Below, piece by piece: positions 17,264 to 25,658 of a stretch of 64,000 bases of DNA. Source of the stretch: Clostridia bacterium (GTDB lineage Bacteria > Bacillota > Clostridia > Christensenellales > Borkfalkiaceae); assembly GCA_017467275.1 (NCBI GenBank), contig JAFTSN010000028.1:45608-109607 (forward strand). Direction: 5' to 3'. The notes beneath the pieces are model-generated. The model was given only the letters and a program-made list of their open reading frames with translations, was not told where the DNA came from and ran no database searches. Within the stretch, counting starts at the first letter, position 1; each line of letters starts with the position of its first letter. Position numbers and translations under genes: made by a program.

Positions 17264-17971
17264 TTGTCCGACGTTTCGTTTCTACAAAAGGGAAAGGGGA
17301 AAGATCTAGTGTTTTTTCACGGCTATCTCTCCTCCAAGGAAGCGTTTTCAGAGCAGATCGAATACTTTTCGCGTTTTTTTCGCGTGACGGCGTTCGATTT
17401 TTTGGGCTTCGGCAACAGTGCGTTTTTGGAAGAGCCTTTTTCCGTTGCGGACTACGCCGTGTGGACGGACGCATTTTTAAAGGCGGTCGGCGTGGAGAGA
17501 GCACATTTGATTGCCCATTCCTTCGGTTGCCGCGTGGCGGTGAAAATGGCGGCGGCGGATAAAAATACGTTTGATAAAATGCTTTTGACGGGTCCTGCGG
17601 GCGTGATCATGAATCGGGGGATAAGGTATCGTTGCAAGGTTAAGCTCTACCGTGCGGTGAAAAAGCTTGCACCCCGTTTTGCGGAGCGCAGGTTCGGGAG
17701 TGCGGAGTATAGGACGCTTTCGCCTGTCATGAAGGAGAGCTATAAAAAGATTGTCAACGAGGACTTGCGGGAAACGGCGCGCAAGGTGGAAAACGAGGTG
17801 CTTATTGCCGAGGGCAGAGAGGATACAACCACGCCTTTAAAGGAGGCGCAAGCTTATCTTTCCTGTTTTAGACGCGGAAAACTAAAGCTTTTGGACGGCG
17901 GGCATTTCGCGTTTGCGGAGTACCCGACGCAGTTCGATTTAATCGCGGAGGAGTTTTTTAACGATGGATGA
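17264..17971 (+). CDS. Alpha/beta-fold hydrolase
   Basis: Motif LVFFHGYLSS and nucleophile elbow AHSFGC. The start is TTG. It overlaps the next gene by 8 nt. Confidence 0.7.
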   Translation: MSDVSFLQKGKGKDLVFFHGYLSSKEAFSEQIEYFSRFFRVTAFDFLGFGNSAFLEEPFSVADYAVWTDAFLKAVGVERAHLIAHSFGCRVAVKMAAADKNTFDKMLLTGPAGVIMNRGIRYRCKVKLYRAVKKLAPRFAERRFGSAEYRTLSPVMKESYKKIVNEDLRETARKVENEVLIAEGREDTTTPLKEAQAYLSCFRRGKLKLLDGGHFAFAEYPTQFDLIAEEFFNDG

Positions 17972-19577
17972 TTTGTGGCTGAGGATTGCCGCCTGCGTGG
18001 CGTGTACGGGCTTCTTTTTTGCAGGGAGTCTGAAGATGTTTGGCGCGCTCCAACAGAGCGGCTATCGCGGGTCGGGCTTTTTCAGGTGGCTGAAAAACAA
18101 GGAAAATCTCTACTACAACCGCATCGTGCTGTGGACGACGATGTCCGTCTTATTGGCGGCGTTTTTTTCCGTTTGCTTTTCGTTTGCGGGCGCGCGGCTC
18201 GCTTCGGGGATATCCCTTGCGCCGCTCCTTTTCATCTCTTTGCTCTTCTTTCTCGCGGATAGAAAATATGCGCTCAAGGTGCCCTTGAAGGTCACGGGCA
18301 GAATTAAGCGGCTTGCGGCGGTTTACGTCTTTTTTCTCGCCGCGATCGGATTTTTCTTCCTGTCTCTACTTGAGTTTGGCGCAAGCGTGATTGATAAGCC
18401 GCTTATTCATTGCTTTAAATTCGCGCCTTTTGCGTTCTTCCCGTTGTTGCTGCCCTTTATCTTCGCTTTATCAAACGCGGTATCTTCGCCTTTTGAGAAT
18501 GCGAGAAACGGAAAGTTTGTCAAACGGGCAGGGCAGGTGCTGAACGAAAGTAATATCATCCGCGTTGCCGTGGTTGGAAGTTACGGCAAAACCTCGGTCA
18601 AAAACATCTTAAAAACGCTGCTTTCGGAAAAATATTCCGTGATTGCGACACCCCATTCGTTTAACACGCCGATCGGTATTGCCAAGACCGTTTTAAACGG
18701 AGAATTTGCGGGAAAAGAGGTTTTGATCGCGGAGATGGGTGCAAGGCGAATCGGGGATATTGAAGAACTTTGCGCGCTCGTAAAGCCCGATTATGCGTTG
18801 TTTACGGGCGTATGCGCCCAACACGTGGAGAGCTTCGGCTCGGAGGGGAACGTATTTAAGGGTAAGTGTGAAATTTTGCGCGGCACGAACGGAACGGTCG
18901 TCTGCGGCGGGGGATTGGAGCCGCATATTATGGGCGCAGAATTTTTGAGCGAGGAGGAGAAGGCAAAATGTGCGTTCGTCCCCTTTGACGGTCTTATTAG
19001 AAATTTGCGTCTCGGTGCAACGGAGACTGAGTTTGATTTCCTTTTATCCTCGGGTACGGTGCACGTCAAAACCAAGCTTTTGGGGCGCCATTCGGCAGAG
19101 AATATTGCGCTTGCGGCTTATTTAGCGGAGAAAATGGGTTTAACGGCGGTCGAGATCGAGCGGGCGGCGGCAAAGCTTGCGCCCACGGCGCACCGCCTTG
19201 AGCTTTCGGAAAACGGGGGTGTTTATATCCTTGACGACAGCTATAATTCTAATCCGCGCGGCGCAAAAGAGGCGATTGAAGCGTTAAGGCGGTTTAACGG
19301 TAGAAAATTCGTCGTGACGCCAGGACTGGTGGAAACGGGGATTTTAGAGGAGAAAATTTCCCGTGAGCTCGGGGCGCAGCTCGTTGGACTAGACAGTGTT
19401 GTGCTTGTCGGCGGGACGCTCGTTGCGCCCGTTAAGGCGGGCTATCTCGAAGCGGGCGGCGACGGGGAAAAGCTTCGTATTCTCCCCACGCTGGAAGACG
19501 CGCAAGGCTATCTCGAGACGGCGCTTTCCCTTGGAGACGCGGTCCTGTTTTTGAACGATCTGCCCGACGCCTATTGA
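17964..19577 (+). CDS. murF: MurF-type Mur ligase (UDP-MurNAc-tripeptide--D-Ala-D-Ala ligase-like) with an N-terminal polytopic membrane domain
   Basis: Residues 1-190 contain about 5 hydrophobic helices. They are followed by P-loop VVGSYGKTSVKN and the MurF-type C-terminal motif DDSYNSNP. ddl follows. Confidence 0.75.
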   Translation: MDDLWLRIAACVACTGFFFAGSLKMFGALQQSGYRGSGFFRWLKNKENLYYNRIVLWTTMSVLLAAFFSVCFSFAGARLASGISLAPLLFISLLFFLADRKYALKVPLKVTGRIKRLAAVYVFFLAAIGFFFLSLLEFGASVIDKPLIHCFKFAPFAFFPLLLPFIFALSNAVSSPFENARNGKFVKRAGQVLNESNIIRVAVVGSYGKTSVKNILKTLLSEKYSVIATPHSFNTPIGIAKTVLNGEFAGKEVLIAEMGARRIGDIEELCALVKPDYALFTGVCAQHVESFGSEGNVFKGKCEILRGTNGTVVCGGGLEPHIMGAEFLSEEEKAKCAFVPFDGLIRNLRLGATETEFDFLLSSGTVHVKTKLLGRHSAENIALAAYLAEKMGLTAVEIERAAAKLAPTAHRLELSENGGVYILDDSYNSNPRGAKEAIEALRRFNGRKFVVTPGLVETGILEEKISRELGAQLVGLDSVVLVGGTLVAPVKAGYLEAGGDGEKLRILPTLEDAQGYLETALSLGDAVLFLNDLPDAY

Positions 19578-19640
19578 GTTGGCTACATAAATCGAATGAA
19601 ACACCAAAGCGGAAAAATTTCTTGCGGAGGTGTTTTTTTG

Positions 19641-20759
19641 ATGACCAACGTTGCTGTGTTTTTCGGTGGGAAGTCCTGCGAAAACGAAATATCCGTTCTG
19701 ACGGGCGTGTTCGTCCTCAATCTCTTGGACCTCGAACGGTTTACCCCCGTTCCTGTCTACGTGCATACCGACGGGAATTTTTACACTTCGGCAAAGATGC
19801 GAGACCTGAACGTTTTTAAGAAAAAGGACTACGCTTCGTTTACCCGTGTTTTGTTCGAGAACGGCACCATGTATGCGTTCAATCCGAAAAAAGAGAGGAT
19901 TAAGCGCAAGAGAAAGATCGACGTTGCGCTCAACTGCTGTCACGGCGGCTGGGGAGAGGGCGGGGGAGTCTCTGCGTTGATGGAAATGAACGGAATTCCG
20001 CTTGCTTCTCCCGCTCTTACGCCCTCGGGCTTGTTTATGGATAAGGCGCTTACGAAGCTTGTGGCAAAGGCGCTCTCCGTGCCGACGGTGGAATACGTGC
20101 GCGTGCAGGAAAACGACTATAAAAAGCGGGGCGCCTTCCTTTTGAAAAATATCGGCGTCAAGCTCAAATATCCCGTCGTTATCAAGCCTGCTCGGCTGGG
20201 TTCGTCCATCGGAATCTCCCTCGCGCACACAGAGGAGGAGGCGAAAACGGCGATCGAGGCGGCGTTTATGCTCGACGACACGGCAATCATTGAAAGGTAT
20301 CTTTCAGATAAACGGGATATAAACTGCGCGGCGTATTCCTTAAACGGCGAAATTTTTGTTTCCGAGCCCGAGACGGCTTACGGAGGAGGGATTTATGCCT
20401 TTTCCGATAAATATTTGACCCGCAAAGAGAGCGAAAGAAAGCCGTCGCCTTTAAACGAGGACACGCGTAAAAAAATCCGTGCTTATACCCGCACTCTGTA
20501 TAAGCGCATGAATTTGAGCGGAATTGTTCGCATGGATTTTTTAGAGGAGGATGGCGAGGTGTATCTCGGCGAGGTCAACACGGTGCCCGGCTCACTTGCG
20601 TATTATCTGTTCTGTGAGCGCGCGACGGACGCGAAAAATCTCTTTTCCGATCTCCTTACGGACGCGCTTGCGACGAAAAAGGCGGAAAAGGCTGTCCTTT
20701 CGACGGGGATTCTCTCCTCCGTCCGCGTGACGGGGAAGCGGGGCGGCGTGCGGCTTTAA
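19641..20759 (+). CDS. ddl: D-alanine--D-alanine ligase
   Basis: GGAGGTG RBS before ATG 19641. Motif VAVFFGGKSCENEISVLTG, with ATP-grasp end GEVNTVPGS. Confidence 0.9.
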   Translation: MTNVAVFFGGKSCENEISVLTGVFVLNLLDLERFTPVPVYVHTDGNFYTSAKMRDLNVFKKKDYASFTRVLFENGTMYAFNPKKERIKRKRKIDVALNCCHGGWGEGGGVSALMEMNGIPLASPALTPSGLFMDKALTKLVAKALSVPTVEYVRVQENDYKKRGAFLLKNIGVKLKYPVVIKPARLGSSIGISLAHTEEEAKTAIEAAFMLDDTAIIERYLSDKRDINCAAYSLNGEIFVSEPETAYGGGIYAFSDKYLTRKESERKPSPLNEDTRKKIRAYTRTLYKRMNLSGIVRMDFLEEDGEVYLGEVNTVPGSLAYYLFCERATDAKNLFSDLLTDALATKKAEKAVLSTGILSSVRVTGKRGGVRL

Positions 20760-20793
20760 GAGGAACAAGATCTGCGTTTAAAAATGCACGAGC

Positions 20794-20822
20794 TTGACAA
20801 AACTTTAAAAATACGCTATAAT
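20794..20822 (+). promoter_or_regulatory. Promoter of the two-component operon
   Basis: TTGACA (20794-20799), a 17-nt spacer and TATAAT (20817-20822). Confidence 0.6.
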
Positions 20823-20831
20823 TTAGAAAAT

Positions 20832-20849
20832 TTCACGAGTTTTTCACGA
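20832..20849 (+). promoter_or_regulatory. Direct repeat TTCACGA-N4-TTCACGA (11-bp period), candidate OmpR-family binding site
   Basis: TTCACGA occurs at 20832-20838 and 20843-20849, just downstream of the predicted transcription start site (TSS). A related TTGCACGA lies at 20901-20908. Confidence 0.4.
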
Positions 20850-20932
20850 TTTTATGTTGTAAAGAGGATAATTAGCGGGTATATTTAAAGCGTGTGAAGA
20901 TTGCACGAAAAACCGCAAGGGGTAAAAAACCA

Positions 20933-21601
20933 ATGAAAATTTTGATTGTCGACGATGAAGAAATGATCCGCGACGTACTTCGAGAGTACGTGGAGTTTGA
21001 GGGCAACGAGGCGTATGAAGCTGCCGACGGCATGGAGGCGGTGCGCCTCTGTCGCGACAATGATTACGACCTGATTTTAATGGACGTGATGATGCCGAAG
21101 CTGGACGGCTTTTCTGCTGTTAAGGAGATCAAAAAACTCAAGGATATTCCCGTTATTATGCTTTCGGCGCGCGGGGAAGAATACGATAAGCTCTTTGGTT
21201 TCGAGATCGGTGCGGACGATTACGTGACAAAGCCCTTTTCGCCCAAAGAGGTCATGGCGCGGATTCATGCCGTGACCAAACGGCGCGCTCGCGAGAGCAC
21301 GGAGGAAAACCGCGTGATTCGCTTCGAGGGGCTGGAGATCGACATGGCGGGGAGAAACGTCTATGTCGACGGCGAGAAGATTGAGCTTACGCCCAAGGAA
21401 TACGAGCTGTTATTTTATCTCGTCCGAAATAAGGGCATCGCGCTCACACGAGAGAAGCTCCTCTACGACGTTTGGGGCTTTGATTTCTACGGCGACGACC
21501 GTACCGTGGACACTCATATTAAAATGCTTCGCAGCAATTTAAAAGAGTATCGGAAATTTATCGTGACCCTTCGCGGTCTCGGCTATAAATTCGAGGAATA
21601 A
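20933..21601 (+). CDS. OmpR/PhoB-family response regulator
   Basis: Receiver domain MKILIVDDEEMIRD...MDVMMPKLDG and winged-helix domain LTPKEYELLFYL...RGLGYKF. Confidence 0.9.
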   Translation: MKILIVDDEEMIRDVLREYVEFEGNEAYEAADGMEAVRLCRDNDYDLILMDVMMPKLDGFSAVKEIKKLKDIPVIMLSARGEEYDKLFGFEIGADDYVTKPFSPKEVMARIHAVTKRRARESTEENRVIRFEGLEIDMAGRNVYVDGEKIELTPKEYELLFYLVRNKGIALTREKLLYDVWGFDFYGDDRTVDTHIKMLRSNLKEYRKFIVTLRGLGYKFEE

Positions 21602-21627
21602 ACCAAAGAAAAGCGGAAAGAAAGGGC

Positions 21628-23097
21628 ATGGGAAAGCTGAGAAAAAGAAAAAATGCAAGGAGGCGGAAAAGCACGAGCATCTATTTTATGCTCTGGACGA
21701 CTTTTCTGCTTTTTGCGCTTGCAATCGTCCTTTTGTTCTCCTTTTCGCAAAACCGCGTGGTTCGGCAAACGTATAAAGAAACGATTGCGCGCGAGCTTGC
21801 CAAAAGCGGCAAGGAAATTCAGAGTGAGCTGGTGCTTTTCGAGCAGGCAGGCGGCAGAGATTACGGCGGCTTTCTCATCTCCCGTACACAAAAATACGAT
21901 GTGAGGGCGTTTATTTTAAAGGCGGACGGCACGTTGCTTTTTCCCAATCTCGACGATTTAACGCCCGCGCTTTCCAAGGACGTCGATTTTGCGGAAAAGA
22001 TCGTCCGACTCAAGGAAAGCTTGAGAAAGGCGGACGCGGAAACGGGTACGGCAGTTTTGTATGAAGACAGATCGGGGGAGTACGTTTACGGCGCGCGGCT
22101 TCCGTCCTTTGGCGAGGAGGGGGAGGAAACTTATTTGTATATCTCCCGTTCACTCAAAATCAGCGAGAGTATTCTCTCGGGCGTGCGTTCGCGCACGGTG
22201 CTTTTGGCGGTGTTCGTGATGATCCTTTCCTTTGCCGTGGCGGGCTCTATTTCAGGGATGCTCGTTAAGCCGATTGCAGAGATGACGGAAAAGGCGGGCG
22301 CGCTTGCTCGGGGAGATTTCTCCGTCGATTTCCGCGGGACGGACTACGGCAGTGAGGTGACGGCGCTCGCCGACACGCTTAACTATGCGCGCGACGAGCT
22401 CTCCAAGACCGACCGTATGCAAAAGGAGCTGATTGCGAACGTCTCCCACGATTTCAAGACGCCGCTTACAATGATCAAGGCGTATGCGTCCATGATCAAG
22501 GAAATCTCGGGGGGGAATCCCGAAAAACGGGAGAAGCACGCGCAGGTTATTATCGACGAGGCGGATAGACTTGCTTCGCTCGTGAACGACGTGCTCGATC
22601 TTTCCAAAATAAGCTCGGGGTTGGACGTCCTTAAGCTTGAGGACTACGATCTTTCCGCTTATACGCTCGAGGTGCTTGAAAAGTTCGGATATCTTGCGGA
22701 TACTCAAGGTTATCATTTCCAAACGGATATCGAAAGCGAGCTTTTCACGAGGGCGGATCCCGCCAAGATCGGGCAGGTTTTGTATAATCTCATAGGCAAC
22801 GCCGTGAACTATACGGGCGAGGATAAAACGGTGCGCGTCGCGCTCAAAAAAGAGGGGGAGAAAATTCTTTTTTCCGTCTCTGACAGCGGCAAGGGAATCA
22901 AGAAAGAAGAGCTCGCGAGTATTTGGGAGAGGTATTATCGCTCCGCGGATGCGCATAAACGCCCCGTGAAAGGCACGGGCTTGGGGCTTTCGATCGTCAA
23001 GACCATTCTCGAAAGACACCGATTCCGCTTCGGCGTGGAGAGCGAGGTGGGTGAGGGCAGTACGTTCTACGTGCTTTTCCCGCTGGTTGGAAATTAA
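21628..23097 (+). CDS. Sensor histidine kinase (2 TM, HAMP, HisKA, HATPase_c)
   Basis: H-box NVSHDFKTPLT, N-box LYNLIGNAVNYT, and G-boxes SDSGKGI and GTGLGLSIV. Confidence 0.9.
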   Translation: MGKLRKRKNARRRKSTSIYFMLWTTFLLFALAIVLLFSFSQNRVVRQTYKETIARELAKSGKEIQSELVLFEQAGGRDYGGFLISRTQKYDVRAFILKADGTLLFPNLDDLTPALSKDVDFAEKIVRLKESLRKADAETGTAVLYEDRSGEYVYGARLPSFGEEGEETYLYISRSLKISESILSGVRSRTVLLAVFVMILSFAVAGSISGMLVKPIAEMTEKAGALARGDFSVDFRGTDYGSEVTALADTLNYARDELSKTDRMQKELIANVSHDFKTPLTMIKAYASMIKEISGGNPEKREKHAQVIIDEADRLASLVNDVLDLSKISSGLDVLKLEDYDLSAYTLEVLEKFGYLADTQGYHFQTDIESELFTRADPAKIGQVLYNLIGNAVNYTGEDKTVRVALKKEGEKILFSVSDSGKGIKKEELASIWERYYRSADAHKRPVKGTGLGLSIVKTILERHRFRFGVESEVGEGSTFYVLFPLVGN

Positions 23098-23111
23098 ATA
23101 AAGCAGATTTT

Positions 23112-23153
23112 ATAACCGCCTCTAAGCTAGTTTGCTTACGGGGCGGTTATTTT
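23112..23153 (+). terminator. Intrinsic terminator after the kinase gene
   Basis: Stem ataaccgcc / ggcggttat followed by TTT. Confidence 0.5.
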
Positions 23154-23194
23154 AAATAAAACAATTCGTTTTTGTTTTCCGCCCTTGAAAATCA

Positions 23195-23223
23195 TTGATT
23201 TTTCGGTGTAAGTTTGCTATACT
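23195..23223 (+). promoter_or_regulatory. obg promoter
   Basis: TTGATT (23195-23200), a 17-nt spacer and TATACT (23218-23223). Confidence 0.5.
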
Positions 23224-23265
23224 ATAAAGGAATAAAACGAACCCGCCTCAAAAGCGTTTTTCGGC
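23218..23265 (+). repeat. Intergenic repeat copy B
   Basis: TATACTATAAAGGAATAAAACGAACCCGCCTCAAAAGCGTTTTTCGGC. The left part is also one arm of a 14-bp inverted repeat, with the right arm at 23266-23279. Confidence 0.7.
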
Positions 23266-23315
23266 TTATTCCTTTATAGCATACTGTTAATATAGGCAGA
23301 AAAGGAATCACCACT

Positions 23316-24596
23316 ATGGCAAACGGCGAATTTACCGATAAAGTAAAAATTCTCATAAAAGCAGGCGACGGCGGCGACGGCATGAACTCGTTCAAAGCGT
23401 ATAAGGGCAAGCCTGCCTGCGGTCCAGACGGCGGCGACGGCGGCAGGGGTGGCGACGTATATTTCGTCGGCGACAAGGATATGAACGATCTGTTCTCTTT
23501 CCGTTTTCAATCCCGCTTTTTGGCTGAAAACGGCGAGCGCGGCGGCACCAACCAATGCTTCGGCAAGGGCGGTAAGAGCGTGTATATCCGCGTGCCTTTG
23601 GGCACGATTGTCCGCGACGCGGAGACGGGCAGGCTGATTACCGACGTCTTTTCGGACGGCGAGACGGTGCTTGTTGCCCGCGGCGGCAACGGCGGCAAGG
23701 GCAACGTCCGTTTTACGACGGCGCGCCGTCATGCGCCCAACTTCGCGCAAAAGGGCGAGAAGGTTAAGGAGCACTACGTGATCCTTGAAATGAAAGTGAT
23801 TGCGGACGTGGGTTTCGTGGGCTTTCCGAACGTCGGGAAGAGCACGCTACTTTCCAAGATTTCGGCGGCAAAGCCTAAAATCGCCAACTACCATTTCACG
23901 ACCCTTTCCCCCAATTTGGGCGTGGTGCGCTACTACGACAAATCCTTTGTGGCAGCGGACATCCCCGGGCTTATCGAGGGTGCGGCGCAGGGCGCGGGCT
24001 TGGGTCACGACTTTTTGAGGCACATCGAGCGGACGCATATGCTTTGCCACGTTGTGGATATTTCGGGTTGTGAGGGTAGAGATCCGATCGAGGATTTCCA
24101 AAAAATCAACGCGGAGCTTAAGGAATACAGCGAGGTGCTAGCGGGACTTCCGCAGGTCGTTGTCTGCAACAAATGCGACGTGTTCGGCGCGGAAGAAAAC
24201 TTGAAGGCGTTCAAGAAAAAGTACGGCAGAAAATACAAGATTTACCCGATTACGGCGATTACGGGCGAAGGCACACGTGAGTTGATCGAGGGGCTTATTT
24301 CCGTGTTGGACGAGCTCCCGCCTGTGGAGCCCATACGTCCCGACGAAGCCTTTGAGTACACGTCGGACGATAATTTGAGCTTTGAGATCGAGCGGGACGA
24401 GGACGGCGTTTACGTTGTTTACGGCGGGCTTGTGGACATGCTTTGCAGGAACGTGGTTTTGAATAACCCCGACTCCATGCAATACTTCCAAAAGGTTTTG
24501 CGTTTGCGCGGGGTGATTAAGGAGCTTTCGCGTATGGGCTGTAAAGAGGGGGACACCGTCTCTATCGGCGAGGTTGAGTTTGACTTTATCCCTTGA
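23316..24596 (+). CDS. obg: GTPase Obg
   Basis: Gly-rich N-terminal Obg fold (GDGGDG, GGRGGDV), G1 motif GFPNVGKST, and a C-terminal OCT-like domain. Confidence 0.95.
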   Translation: MANGEFTDKVKILIKAGDGGDGMNSFKAYKGKPACGPDGGDGGRGGDVYFVGDKDMNDLFSFRFQSRFLAENGERGGTNQCFGKGGKSVYIRVPLGTIVRDAETGRLITDVFSDGETVLVARGGNGGKGNVRFTTARRHAPNFAQKGEKVKEHYVILEMKVIADVGFVGFPNVGKSTLLSKISAAKPKIANYHFTTLSPNLGVVRYYDKSFVAADIPGLIEGAAQGAGLGHDFLRHIERTHMLCHVVDISGCEGRDPIEDFQKINAELKEYSEVLAGLPQVVVCNKCDVFGAEENLKAFKKKYGRKYKIYPITAITGEGTRELIEGLISVLDELPPVEPIRPDEAFEYTSDDNLSFEIERDEDGVYVVYGGLVDMLCRNVVLNNPDSMQYFQKVLRLRGVIKELSRMGCKEGDTVSIGEVEFDFIP

Positions 24597-24637
24597 CCTT
24601 GCAAGAGGGAACCAACAAGTAAAAAAGGAAAAAAATT

Positions 24638-24949
24638 ATGGTTATAACAAGCGAAAATATCACGAGCAAGCAAAGAAGTAAATTAAAATCGATCGCGGCG
24701 AATTTGTCTCCCGTCACGCAGATTGGAAAGGGAGGGATCACGGATAATCTCTTAAAAACCCTCTCCGACGCGCTTGAAGCACATGAGCTCATTAAGGTCA
24801 ATATTTTGCCTACGGCAGACGACGACGCGAGAAATCTCGCAGAGAACGTCGCCGAGCTTTTGGGGGCGGTCGCGGTTGCCGTTATTGGCAGAAAGGCGAT
24901 TTTCTACCGCCGTTCTTCGAGAGAAAATTTTGTGCATCTCGAGGTTTAA
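24638..24949 (+). CDS. yhbY: YhbY-family (CRM domain) RNA-binding protein
   Basis: Motif LTSKQRSKLKSIAANLSPVTQIGKGGITDN and a length of about 100 aa. Confidence 0.85.
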   Translation: MVITSENITSKQRSKLKSIAANLSPVTQIGKGGITDNLLKTLSDALEAHELIKVNILPTADDDARNLAENVAELLGAVAVAVIGRKAIFYRRSSRENFVHLEV

Positions 24950-25002
24950 AGGCGCGGGAAAGGTGTTATATATAAAGTGAAAAATCTTTATAGGTGAAGG
25001 AT

Positions 25003-25584
25003 ATGAACGAAAACGAAAAAGATATTTTAAACGAGGAGCCCGTGGCGGAAGAAAACGCGGTTGACGACGCGCCCGCAACGACCGAAGCTCCCGAAACGAC
25101 GGGAAAAGAGGCGAAAGGCGGAAAAAAGGAGCTTAAAAAAGCCAAAGAGGAAGCGGAAAAATGGCAGGCGGAGGCAGAGGAGAATAAGCGGAAATGGTAT
25201 GCTGTGACCGCCGAGTATGAAAACTACCGACGTCGCACGCAGAATCAGTCGGCGCAACGCTATCAGGACGGCAGAAACGACGTTGTTGCGGCACTGTTCC
25301 CGATCGGGGATAATTTGGAGCGAGCGATCGCGTCCACCGTCGACGAGCAAACCAAGCAGGGGCTCGACATGATCTTGAAGAGCTATAAGAAGGTGCTTGA
25401 GGGCGAGGGCGTGGAGGAGATAGACCCCACGGGTAAGCCCTTTAACGCCGACGAGGCGGAAGCGATTATGGCAATGCCTGCAGCGGAGGGCGAGGAAAGC
25501 GGGATCGTTAAGCAGGTCTACGTGAAAGGCTATAAAAAAGGAGACAAAGTCCTGCGTTATGCGCAGGTGATCGTCACTCAATAA
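25003..25584 (+). CDS. grpE: Nucleotide exchange factor GrpE
   Basis: Motifs AEYENYRRRT, DNLERA and a C-terminal beta-domain. The AGGTGA RBS lies 6 nt before ATG 25003, with an alternative GTG at 24994. Confidence 0.85.
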   Translation: MNENEKDILNEEPVAEENAVDDAPATTEAPETTGKEAKGGKKELKKAKEEAEKWQAEAEENKRKWYAVTAEYENYRRRTQNQSAQRYQDGRNDVVAALFPIGDNLERAIASTVDEQTKQGLDMILKSYKKVLEGEGVEEIDPTGKPFNADEAEAIMAMPAAEGEESGIVKQVYVKGYKKGDKVLRYAQVIVTQ

Positions 25585-25594
25585 AGTAAAAAAT

Positions 25595-25622
25595 TACCGA
25601 GCGTTTTTCTCTCGGTATTTTT
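25595..25622 (+). terminator. Intrinsic terminator after grpE
   Basis: Stem taccgag / ctcggta followed by TTTTT. Confidence 0.65.
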
Positions 25623-25658
25623 CAATTAAATCAAATTATAAAAAAACGAGGAATCGCT

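Noticed and set aside
19389-20228. 279-aa minus-strand ORF antisense to the murF-ddl junction. The same reasoning applies to 22252-23019, 26688-27413, 52106-52786, 13587-14156 and 37857-38426.
   Set aside because: All are embedded antisense in well-supported genes and are composition-driven open frames.
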